Positions 12,901 to 18,580 of a stretch of 64,000 nucleotides of DNA are shown here, piece after piece (position 1 is the stretch's first letter; the number at the start of each line of letters is the position of its first letter). A program made the position numbers and the translations under genes. The stretch covers positions 9,121-73,120 of the forward strand of contig JAZRXD010000021.1 of the NCBI GenBank assembly GCA_045600045.1, read 5' to 3'. Origin of the DNA: Bacteroidales bacterium. Lineage in GTDB: Bacteria > Bacteroidota > Bacteroidia > Bacteroidales > UBA1715. The notes under the pieces are model-generated. The model was not told the DNA's origin and searched no databases. It worked only from the letters and a program-made list of their open reading frames with translations.

Positions 12901-15900
12901 TCGTCTATTTATTCTAATATTACAATAAAAGTTGTTGATGGTTCATTGACAATTTCACGTAAACCTCTTGATGTAATAACCGCAACAATCGAAGAAGGCG
13001 AGATTATTTATAACGGCGAAGAGCAAGAACCAAGCTATATACTGACAGACGGCGACGGAAATGTCCTCTCTCCAAGTGAATATGAAATTGTTTTCAATAA
13101 CAATGTCAATGTCGGTGAAGCAGATGTCATTATAAAACCGACAAAAAATTCTCAATATAATTTCAAAGAATTTGTGGAACATTTCACGATATCCCCTAAG
13201 GAGATAGCGTTGAAGTGGAGTGAAACCACCGAGTTCGAATACGACGGCTCCGAGAAGTCGGTAACCGTAGAGGCGAGCGGCATCATCTCCAGCGACAAGT
13301 GCACGACGAAGGTGACGGACGTGACGGGCGTGAACGCCGGCGACCATACGGCGACGGTAACATTGGACGGCGCAGACAAGGACAACTACAAGCTACCGTC
13401 AAACAGCACGCAGTCATGGACGATATCCAAGGCACCTCTATACACGATAGAAGTCCAAGGCAAGAGCGCGACGAAGATCTACACGGGCGCAGAGCAGAGC
13501 GTAAAGGGCTACACGTATAACCCATACGACGCAACGATAACAATCACGGAATCTCCATCCCAGGAAGAAATCTTTGCGAAGGGAACTTCGGTCGGCACGT
13601 ACCCAACCAACATGACAGAAGACATGTTCACTGCGACCTCTCCGAACTACGAAACAGTCAAGTTCGAGATAAAGAACGGCGCATTGACGATAAAGACGAA
13701 CCCAGTCGAAGTGACAGCGACGATTGCCGAAGACGTGATAACATACAACGGTTCGCCACAGGAACCTAAGTTCGTGGTTAAGGACAAAGACGACAACGAA
13801 ATCCCCGAATCAGCCTACGAAGTGACCTACTCGAACAACACGAGCACCGGCGAGGCAACGGCAACAATCCGTCCGAAGTCCGACTCACCGTACAACTTCG
13901 AGGAGATAACGGAATACTTCACGATATCGCCTAAGGAAATAGAGCTTGCATGGAGCGAAACCACCGAGTTCGAATACGACGGCATGGAGAAGAACGTAAC
14001 GGTAGAGGCGACCGGCATCGTTTCCGGCGACAAGTGCTACGTCAAGGTAGAAAATGCCAAAGCGACGGAGGTAGGCACCTATACTGCGACAGCTACCCTT
14101 GAAGGCTCCGACAAGGGCAATTATGTTTTGCCTGCGGTCCCATCCCAGCCGTGGTCAATCGAACCAAAGAAATTAACAGAGTCTAATTTCGAAATTTCGG
14201 GTGAAAATACCGTTTACGACGGCCAGCCACAAGAAGTCAGCTTCTCAAGCGAGCCGGAATTGGAAGAAGGCACGGATTACGAAGTATACTACAAAGTAGA
14301 TGGCGAATGGACCACCGAAGGTCCAACAAATGCCGGCGAATATGAAGTCAAGCTAGAAATAACCAATCCTAATTATGCATCCACCGACATAGAAGGCTGG
14401 ACTTTGACAATAGAGAAAGGCACCCAGGAAAAACCTGTGATAACCAGCACGCCAACAAGTTCGGAGGTAGCCGAGGACGGCAAGATGATAGGCCTTGCGA
14501 CCACGATGGAAATCAGGAAGGAAGGCGAAACGACGTACGTTCCTGTAACCGATGAGAACGAGGATTTTGCCAACGGAACGTACTATGTCCGTTACGCAGA
14601 AACGGACAATTTGTATGCTTCTGAAGACACGAAGGTTGTGATAACACCAAACGTAAAAGAAGACTTGACGACAGCCGACTTCGAATTCACGGCGCCATCG
14701 GATTTGACATATGACGGCACGGAAAAAGAAGCGACATTCACAACCGATAAAGAAGGTGTGGGTAACATAATGGTTTACTATTCAAATGAAGGTGGTTCAA
14801 CCTGGACGACCGAGAAACCTGTAGAAGCAGGCGACTACATTGTCAAGATAGAAGTTGAGGAAACTGAAAAATATAATGGTGTGACATTGACAGATCCAAG
14901 TTGGTATTTTACAATAGAAAAAGGCGAGCAATCTGCTCCTGTAGTAACCGGCAAACCAACATCAACTCCGGTTACACTTGATGGTAAGATCGACGGCTTG
15001 ACAACGGCAATGGAAATCCGCAAGGATGGCGAATCAGAATATATTAAATATACGAAAGTAACTAATCCAGACATGCTTCTTGAACCTGGAATATATTACG
15101 TCCGTTATGCGGAAACCGACAACTTATATGCTTCGGAAGAAACAGCAGTTGTTATTGAATCAGCGCCAAAACAAGATCCTGTAGTTGCCGACTTCGAATT
15201 CTCGGCTCCATCAGACTTGACTTATGACGCTACAGAGAAAGAAGCATCGGTATATACAGATGAAGAAAATATTGGCGACATCACAATCTACTATTCAAAT
15301 GACGGCGGCGAAACCTGGACGACCGATAAACCTGTTGAAGCTGGTGACTATATTGTCAAAATTGAAGTTGAAGAAAACGAATTTTATAATGGTATTTCAT
15401 TGGCTGACGATGATTGGAACTTTACAATTGAGAAGGGAGCCCAAGAAAAACCAGATGTTGCAGGTCAACCAACTTCAACTCCAACATCATCTGACGGTAA
15501 GATAGAAGGTTTAACAACAGCAATGGAAATCCGCAAGGAAGGCGAGACAACATATTCTCAGGTAACTGATCCTGATGCAGATTTCGAAGCAGGAACATAT
15601 TACGTACGTTATGTCGAAACAGACAACTTGAATGCTTCGGAAGACGTGTCAGTTGTAATTAATCAGGCTGAAAAACAAAATCGTTTGCCGGAAGAATACG
15701 AGGTTGTAATTCCTGCAGTAGAAGATTTGGTTTACGATGGCGAAACTAAAGAAGTAACTGTTGATGGCGACGGCGACATCGAAATTTGGTATTCGGGTGA
15801 TGGCGGTGAAACTTGGACAACCGACAAACCAGTTGATGCTGGTTATTACGAAGTGAAGATTGTTGTTTCAGAAGATGATAACTATAATTCTGCTGAATTG

Positions 15901-18525
15901 ACCGATCCAAGTTGGAACTTCACAATTGAAAAAGGTTCTCAAGAAAAACCATTTATAACAACTGTTCCTGCAAGCTCCAATGTTGCAGAGGATGGTAAAA
16001 TGAACGAACTTGCAACAACAATGGAAATCCGCAAAGATGGAGAATCTACATATACTCCGGTAATTGATGTGGATATGAATTTTGCAGTTGGCACATATTA
16101 CGTACGTTACGCTGAAACTAAAAACTTGAATGCTTCAGACGAAACGGAAGTTGTTATCACATCGACACCAAAGAAAACATTGGATATAAGCGATTTCATG
16201 TTCAATCAACCTGTTGAATTAGTTTATGATGGAAAAGAAAAAGAAATCGAAATTACAACTGGTTTGGAAGGTGTTGGTGAAATGACAATTTATTATTCTA
16301 CTGATGGTGGAGAAACATGGACGACAGACAAACCTATAGATGCAGGTGATTACATCGTAAAAGTTGAAATTGCCGAAAGTGCTGAATACGAAGCAATTAC
16401 ATTAACAAGTGATGATTGGACATTTGTGATTAGCAAAGGCTCTCAAGAAGTTCCTGAAGTGTCTGGAATTCCAACATCAAAAGAAGATGTTGCCGATGGT
16501 AAAATTAAAGGCTTGACAACGGCTATGGAAGTTCGTAAGGAAGGTGAATCTACATATACTCCGGTTGCCGATCCTGATATGGAATTCGAAACTGGTACAT
16601 ACTATGTTCGTTATGCCGAAACTAAGAACTTGAAGGTTTCTGAAGAAACTCCAGTTGAAATTGAAAGTGGAACAAAACAAACTCATACAACAGAGGATTA
16701 CGTAGTTGTTTTGCCTTCAATTGAAGATTTGGTTTATGATGGAAAATCTAAAGAAGTTACTGTTGATGGCGAAGGAGATGTTGTTATTTGGTACTCAAGC
16801 GACGGTGGCGAAACTTGGACAACGGAAAAGCCAGTTGAAGCAGGTGATTATGAAGTGAAGATTGTTGTTGCTGAAGATGATGATTATTATTCAGCTGAAT
16901 TGACAGATCCAGATTGGAACTTCTCAATCGCTAAAGGTAGCCAAGACAAACCAGAAGTTGAAGGATTTCCTGCAAGTTCAGAAACTGCTATCGATGGTAA
17001 GATTACTGGTTTGACTGATGGTATGGAATATCGTTTGGTTGGCGAAACAACATATACTCCAGTAACTGATCCTGAAATTTTTGTAGGAGTGGGAACATAT
17101 TATGTTCGTTTTGCTGAAACAAATAACTTACAAGCTTCCGAAGATCAAGAAATTGTGATTTCAGTTGCTCCAAAGAATTCATTAACAGAATTAGACTTCA
17201 CGTTTACTGTTCCGGATAATTTGACATACGACGGAACAGAAAAAGAGGCAAAATTCTCAACAGATGCCGAAGGTGTTGGCGATGTGATAGTTTATTACTC
17301 AAATGATGGCGGTGATTCTTGGACAACCGACAAGCCTGTTAATGTAGGAACATACAATATTAAGATTGAGGTTGTTGAAAGTGAAAATTATGATGAAACA
17401 ACTCTAACTGACGATAGTTGGATGTTCGCAATCACAAAAGCAGATCAAGACGCTCCTGAAGTCTTTGGTATTGCTACTTCGGCACCTGATATGAACGATG
17501 GAATGATTAAAGGTTTGGCTGCCGGAATGGAAGTAAGTAACGACAATGGTGAAACTTGGATCAATATTTCCGACCCAACAATGGCTGAATTGATAGACTG
17601 GATTACCAATGGTAACGATACTACAATGTTGGATGAAAATATGTTGTTTGCTCCAGGAGAATACTTAGTTCGTTACGCTGAAACAGAAAATCTAAATGTT
17701 TCAGAATCTACTTCGGTAACTATTGAAGAAGGTACGTTACCTGATATCGATATGGTTGATAAAGATAGCTTCGAAACAGATGTTGATGGATTCTGTCCTG
17801 AAACTGACGGTGAAGTTAAATTCGTTGTCAACTATGGCGATCCAACAGAATATCGTGCTATAATTAAGGGAATTGACACTGTTGCTTTGGCTGATGCTCA
17901 ATATCAAGCTCTTGCCGATGATGGTAAATTCAACCTTTACATTCCTGATTGCAAAGCTGGATTGTATGTGATTGAGGTACAGTTCCGTAACGACGAAGGT
18001 TTGGAATCTCTTGTTTACCAATTCGATGTGACTGTTAATTTGTCGAAGAAATACATCACAAAAATTTGGGATGACGTTGTGTCAATCATCAATAAAGTTG
18101 ATTTGAACGATCCAACCAATATGACAAAACAATTCGTTGAATATCAATGGTATCGCAATGATGAAGAAATTCCTGGTGCAACATTACCATACTACAATGA
18201 AGAAGGTGGTTTGCAAGGCGAATATTACGTTACGGTGGTAACTACTGATGGTAATGAACTTCGTACTTGTAGTCAAGAATGGCACTTGATTTATGGCGAA
18301 ATTACTGCCAAAGTTTATCCAAATCCTGTTGTTACAACAGCTACAGTGGAATTGTCGGCAGACAATGGAATGGAACACATTGTTGAGGTAAATAACATTT
18401 ATGGAACTTCGGTTTACAGCACAACATTCTTTGGTCAAAAGACTACAATTGATTTGCAAAATCTTGTGGCTGGCGATTATGTAATAGTTGTAGATGGATA
18501 TGCAGTAAAGGTTGTTAAAAAATAG
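823..18525 (+). CDS. giant (~5,900 aa) secreted repeat adhesin; T9SS cargo with cadherin-like and YDG-motif (MBG-type) beta-sandwich repeats
   Basis: Single stop-free ORF of 17.7 kb. The ATG at 823 gives a signal peptide, MREHLSSLVKKLAVVAILFACSLRVFA|DGS; the track start at 775 is an upstream GTG. The C-terminus, KVYPNPVVTTATVELSADNG...VKVVKK, fits a T9SS type-A C-terminal sorting domain. The body is built from ~85-90-aa modules with recurrent (E/K)YDG(T/S) motifs. Confidence 0.9.
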   Translation: MREHLSSLVKKLAVVAILFACSLRVFADGSRDMYPADYYTLHGITKTDITKYRAPIVAYEKIDAISGCPFPTNATMKVYAKEGEKIYVASSLFSTKHNANSKITYKAPDGVTSGTFTRNGNIGLIANRKAELAGPKLPNGQPSNGYQSCVITVGAGQTGVWEIEFNGNANYNYDDTKTATVDDWVDGSSCLMNAFDISVLNETGDAFIPGRVYTNVLNIYFTSATQKGYAEEWYSGFYVLTNTGYLYYVDANGQNPCLGTFFANNKGIQTGYGDFIQSSTSIKYAKGGKPSYNSVVWDTGSGLAKAGTIPIYDPRVPDNVVKKTDADGNLVDYYEDVTHKLFFTKPAADMPEFAPCVYDDQVVTTWLISKENAKNAPVLSNLCIAGKESHLACVLGPEGVEIYFDANCAGDFMIEMDFGEDYTPRILEGTCIEGANTIDWDGKDGDGNLVENAMISLAGKLKSAEIHFPFVDLDNNKHGLVLNQLNANWNEVARNIIYWNDSNVQTSKTTGDSEIASGESGVTSPNHNFSYTSTSDVSGKKTSRGDYAIIDTWTFAQGATASSQNAVVRSNFIDLKATSITCNKTEARIGELLTYTLEVENVHHDMIELQSEGVMVSTEADADSASVGVWFPDGGFYTTEVSLVSSDDPDCIVVQQPSGEEFGLGFINLKNGKKATIKVTGYAGAKMAHSLVEPVGFIMRPGDYFEIDAANLNNDGMPLIPQRTQSGDKDGEYDTYDNNNLTTANPVIFFLNSNPICSDDNVSGEAKVQITGNVFDNDNDPDNDLDSDPQVISDILIVEKFDVEGVGTNYTPGSSVTISNVGTVRLNQDGSFTFTSVGAFVGPVPAVTYYVSDQYTAAATPVEFRDKEIAPGRDTATIYIGIAYNFPPEVSPLAVTIEHKSAKTALPLTFSDIENNTIIISSLTGDDAENFEFTGTTVYYNGTVTREDAVYNITLTLTDDGDNAKTATYDIAVTVKKNNAPTVSSSPIDVTAVSAQTLVPYVFRDAENDPITVAVSGTDSDKFTVIDNKVYYIGALTHGKTTYNITLTLNDGYGEVTRDMVVNVFDNQEPVISPSVITIAKTGDETLVPFVIEDKDGDIVSITNISGTDASNFKIKTNKIFYIGDENLSRDDANNNITVTLSDGLISVSYDVVVVLGKNQAPILTTKYVEITGVASDVEVPLTFEDKENETVSITAINGDDVDKFSLVDGTIFYIGGVLDEPQVYTLSVVFTDGIALETDNINVSILVNKAPSVSPTAITIKRSGTETLVPISFSDPEDDALTISVNDVTNFKIKDGSLYYIGSNKTEDTPFNISLTLNDGINTTVQPVTVTVLGNNLPELSPSSVTITVKRTTSSTSTNNNVPVTISDPDGDEITSVTITSGNDKNYFTVSGTQIIFKSNKNNANTTTTNGTTYNLTIAIVSNGETTTLPLAVKVNVVSSLTTPTLTVTGSTQEYGTKISECYTFSAKTSSFSSTNVQGTASIVGYSDDYIPSVGMHTYTVLFTPNDLTTYATTTKTVNITINKKAITVTSASGSKEYDGTELKAESASVTTGSLVGDDILYYSDFTSITNVGSAENNFTITGDDTDNYEITQEKGTLSITKNTTDEKIVTITGNSGTKIYNGSSQSVSGFTHDASPEFTVALKSGKKAVATGTNAGTYNMGLKADMFNVSSTNYSNIKITVVDGTLTIAPDAVTEKEITITGNNDEKTYTGSSQSVTGFTHDGDANFTVSLKSGEKAEASGTNAGTYPMGLTADMFNVSSTNYSNIKITVVDGTLTITPDAVTEKEITITGNNDEKTYTGSSQSVTGFTHDGDASFTVALKSGKSAVASGTNAGSYTMGLTADMFNVSSTNYSNIKVTVEDGTLKIEPKNILIKGGSTVEDKYYDGTTATTTTLGSVDGIVDGDDVTITAVGTLVDANAGTDKTVNIVYTLSGADKDNYVEILGETKKITVSKAPITVTTPTVKDKEYDATTAAEIDGTLSFTGVQNNEGTSVINVTAVAKFEDVKVGDDKDVTVTYTLEGTGKDNYVLSSTTGTTTADITAKEITPSATGVDKEYDGTTTATVTSVSGRGILTGDDVTVTATSANFATASVGTNKTITVTYSLSGADASNYVLGTSTAITADITSAPITVTSVTASDKEYDGTTDATIGSVVFSGVQNSEGSSVINVTATASFADANVGKDKTVNIASYTLTGTGASNYQLATGAPTATEADITAKEVTITVDDKEKVYGATNPTFTGSVSGLINNSDLGTISYSRISTNENAGTYTNDLTASYTTNTNYNVSVTKGTFTIKPITDEITVTITGNSDEKTYSGSSQSVTGFTHDGDASFTVSLKEGKKAEASGTNAGTYAMGLTADMFNVSSTNYSNIKVTVEDGTLTITPDAVTEKEITITGNSDEKTYTGSPQSVTGFTHDGDASFTVSLKEGKKAEASGTNAGTYTMGLTSDMFNVSSTNYSNIKVTVEDGTLTITPKEVDDEAYTVTLSSGDSYEYNGLAQVPAVVVKVNGVEVSSTEYQVEYSNNKNVGEATITVTDAANGNYAFEEKSVVFTITPATITVNGSTASSKEYDGSTSATISAIDFEGVQNEESTSVINVVATTASFDNANVGTGKTVSVTYALSGTGASNYVLANNNGTTTGTITPKEVILSWGTTTFTYNGSVKTVTAVVTNKVGSETVNVATYSGNTETEAGKYIATALTLDNSNYKLPLNATQSWSIEKSETEKEITITGNNDIKIFNGSTQSVEGFTHDGDASFTVALKSGKSAIASGKNAGLYTMGLTADMFDVSSTNYSNIKVTIVDGKLTINSQTIDDDAYAISIDGDETFTYDGTSKEPKIVVKVGETEVDVVEYKVEYFSNINAGTATVKVSDVANGNYTFADKSINFTIEKATITVNGSIASSKEYDGLTLATISSIDFEGVQNEESTSVINVIATTAAFEDANAENDKTVNVTYALEGTGIPNYKLAATSGTTIANITAKEVELSWKPSPALFSYDGTVKTVTATVQNPVGSDVVTVTKYNNNTKTDAGEYVAEAIELSSSNYKLPANAKQTWSIAEGIFTVSLDDDTYTYDGIAHHNTKTASCTAIGGTTEYQYSFDKETWVSDLADLEQTNAGTYTINVKASNSKYKTDATCTASLIINKATITVEEVLVADKYYDGTKTAVVSDVTFSGNVSGQGSEIVTVTPSASFIDANVGTEKTVNVVYTLAGTGASNYVLASESGSTTADINAKNVVITVNSSYKTYGESDPTFTGSVDGLVQAGDLGTISYVRTNSSVSAADSYEKVINAIFDANANYDVKVEKGDFTINQKEVELVWSSTIEFDYDGSKHSVSVSVKAESLVGTDECSVEVYDNEQTAVGNYTATAIGLSNENYKLPSSGTQLSWAIVSSETAPVITWNIGELESYKYDGTEKTPAPSSIQVNDVDLIKDVDYTISYANNKNAGTATVTIKAKGGYSFDDVTKEFAIAKRIVTLTSDNGEKTYDGTALTNSTVFVGDDKFVDGEGATYSVTGTQTNAGSSQNTFTYELKEGTSALNYEISSIYGALNVLTYDEKYTITVNGNKATVPFTGEEQSISGYTISDYDATITLNGPEQTSVKATGSAVGSYNMGLKVEDFTATSSNYTNIEIVVKDGKLTISTKAIVVTATIDEDEIIYDGSEHKPTYTVVDGNEQVISPDEYIVEYSENTTDAGEVTVTISPKEGSSFDFEPIVETFTIEQKTVTLEWNSDSPFEFDNTEKSVSIKSVAGIVSGDECSIVLSGDKGTEVKEYEATASLSGKDKGNYKLASDNSSLAWEITTKELEKTNFTISGDEVVYNGESQDVSFTSDPELIEGTDYEVYYKIDGEWTTEAPSNAGEYEVKIEIINPNYSDEDIEGWTLVIQQKEVSLVWSKTTSFEYDGTAKSVTAELEDVLSGDDCKVVLSNNTNTAVGEYIATASLDGADKNNYIIKGSTSLAWEILISGDEYVITVTGNSATKVYNGSEQNVSGYTVSSYDASITFNGPAQDDAVAKGTTTGTYYMGLTKSDFSASSSIYSNITIKVVDGSLTISRKPLDVITATIEEGEIIYNGEEQEPSYILTDGDGNVLSPSEYEIVFNNNVNVGEADVIIKPTKNSQYNFKEFVEHFTISPKEIALKWSETTEFEYDGSEKSVTVEASGIISSDKCTTKVTDVTGVNAGDHTATVTLDGADKDNYKLPSNSTQSWTISKAPLYTIEVQGKSATKIYTGAEQSVKGYTYNPYDATITITESPSQEEIFAKGTSVGTYPTNMTEDMFTATSPNYETVKFEIKNGALTIKTNPVEVTATIAEDVITYNGSPQEPKFVVKDKDDNEIPESAYEVTYSNNTSTGEATATIRPKSDSPYNFEEITEYFTISPKEIELAWSETTEFEYDGMEKNVTVEATGIVSGDKCYVKVENAKATEVGTYTATATLEGSDKGNYVLPAVPSQPWSIEPKKLTESNFEISGENTVYDGQPQEVSFSSEPELEEGTDYEVYYKVDGEWTTEGPTNAGEYEVKLEITNPNYASTDIEGWTLTIEKGTQEKPVITSTPTSSEVAEDGKMIGLATTMEIRKEGETTYVPVTDENEDFANGTYYVRYAETDNLYASEDTKVVITPNVKEDLTTADFEFTAPSDLTYDGTEKEATFTTDKEGVGNIMVYYSNEGGSTWTTEKPVEAGDYIVKIEVEETEKYNGVTLTDPSWYFTIEKGEQSAPVVTGKPTSTPVTLDGKIDGLTTAMEIRKDGESEYIKYTKVTNPDMLLEPGIYYVRYAETDNLYASEETAVVIESAPKQDPVVADFEFSAPSDLTYDATEKEASVYTDEENIGDITIYYSNDGGETWTTDKPVEAGDYIVKIEVEENEFYNGISLADDDWNFTIEKGAQEKPDVAGQPTSTPTSSDGKIEGLTTAMEIRKEGETTYSQVTDPDADFEAGTYYVRYVETDNLNASEDVSVVINQAEKQNRLPEEYEVVIPAVEDLVYDGETKEVTVDGDGDIEIWYSGDGGETWTTDKPVDAGYYEVKIVVSEDDNYNSAELTDPSWNFTIEKGSQEKPFITTVPASSNVAEDGKMNELATTMEIRKDGESTYTPVIDVDMNFAVGTYYVRYAETKNLNASDETEVVITSTPKKTLDISDFMFNQPVELVYDGKEKEIEITTGLEGVGEMTIYYSTDGGETWTTDKPIDAGDYIVKVEIAESAEYEAITLTSDDWTFVISKGSQEVPEVSGIPTSKEDVADGKIKGLTTAMEVRKEGESTYTPVADPDMEFETGTYYVRYAETKNLKVSEETPVEIESGTKQTHTTEDYVVVLPSIEDLVYDGKSKEVTVDGEGDVVIWYSSDGGETWTTEKPVEAGDYEVKIVVAEDDDYYSAELTDPDWNFSIAKGSQDKPEVEGFPASSETAIDGKITGLTDGMEYRLVGETTYTPVTDPEIFVGVGTYYVRFAETNNLQASEDQEIVISVAPKNSLTELDFTFTVPDNLTYDGTEKEAKFSTDAEGVGDVIVYYSNDGGDSWTTDKPVNVGTYNIKIEVVESENYDETTLTDDSWMFAITKADQDAPEVFGIATSAPDMNDGMIKGLAAGMEVSNDNGETWINISDPTMAELIDWITNGNDTTMLDENMLFAPGEYLVRYAETENLNVSESTSVTIEEGTLPDIDMVDKDSFETDVDGFCPETDGEVKFVVNYGDPTEYRAIIKGIDTVALADAQYQALADDGKFNLYIPDCKAGLYVIEVQFRNDEGLESLVYQFDVTVNLSKKYITKIWDDVVSIINKVDLNDPTNMTKQFVEYQWYRNDEEIPGATLPYYNEEGGLQGEYYVTVVTTDGNELRTCSQEWHLIYGEITAKVYPNPVVTTATVELSADNGMEHIVEVNNIYGTSVYSTTFFGQKTTIDLQNLVAGDYVIVVDGYAVKVVKK
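3475..5150 (+). repeat. six tandem ~270-290-bp cadherin-like/Ig-like coding repeats
   Basis: Six ~90-aa units of the form xAPxVSPxxVTIxxxxxxTLVPxxFxDxExDxxTxSxxxGxDxxxFxIxxxxxYYIGxxxxxxxYNITLTLxDG....V.V. Confidence 0.7.
5620..6420 (+). repeat. 3 x 267-bp in-frame tandem repeat (89-aa module TITPDAVTEKEITITGNNDEKTYTGSSQSVTGFTHDGDA...NYSNIK(I/V)TV(V/E)DGTL)
   Basis: The string gatgccgtgacc recurs at 5899 and 6166, exactly 267 nt apart. Copy 1 (5620-5886) uses AT-rich codons; copies 2-3 are GC-rich and near-identical. Confidence 0.85.
7699..8229 (+). repeat. second set of the same module: 264-bp + 267-bp tandem copies
   Basis: cggtaacgggcttcacgcacgacggcgacgcaagcttcac... at 7781 recurs at 8048 (offset 267) with ~108 nt identical. 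A further single copy lies at ~8970-9240. Confidence 0.85.
13190..14700 (+). other. intragenic GC-rich block (compositional island inside the adhesin ORF)
   Basis: Hand counts: 63/100 GC at 13261-13360 and 51/100 at 14401-14500, against 34/100 at 12661-12760. The transition is abrupt at ~13190. Confidence 0.8.
14413..17436 (+). repeat. six tandem ~498-513-bp (166-171 aa) bi-domain coding repeats plus a partial seventh
   Basis: Unit starts ((E/S/A/T)K(G/A)xQ(E/D)xP) lie at 14413, 14917, 15430, 15928, 16432, 16930 and 17434. Each unit reads GxPTSxxxxDGKIxGLTTAMEIRKEGETTYxPVTDPDxxFxxGTYYVRYAETxNLxASE followed by ...YDGxEKE...YYSxDGGETWTTxKPVxAGDYxVKI. Confidence 0.85.
18295..18522 (+). other. 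T9SS C-terminal sorting domain (type A, Por_Secre_tail-like)
   Basis: GEITAKVYPNPVVTTATVELSADNGMEHIVEVNNIYGTSVYSTTFFGQKTTIDLQNLVAGDYVIVVDGYAVKVVKK. Confidence 0.75.
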
Positions 18526-18533
18526 AAGTCAAA

Positions 18534-18567
18534 GGGAAGGTGGTCAAAAGATAACCTTCCTTTTTTA
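18534..18567 (+). terminator. rho-independent terminator after the adhesin gene
   Basis: The ggaaggt / accttcc stem is followed by TTTTTT. Confidence 0.6.
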
Positions 18568-18580
18568 GAATAAAAGATTT

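Noticed and set aside
13283-13543. Overlapping ORFs on both strands (86 aa minus, 73 aa plus, plus 130 aa and 77 aa minus nearby) inside the adhesin gene
   Set aside because: They occur only where the GC-rich block removes AT-rich stop codons. Their products are low-complexity and Arg/Pro-rich, and the 5,900-codon frame is clearly the coding one.
5620-17436. Regularly spaced repeats as a possible CRISPR or other non-coding array
   Set aside because: All repeats are in-frame coding modules of a single ORF, with periods of 267 and ~504 bp and no repeat-spacer structure.
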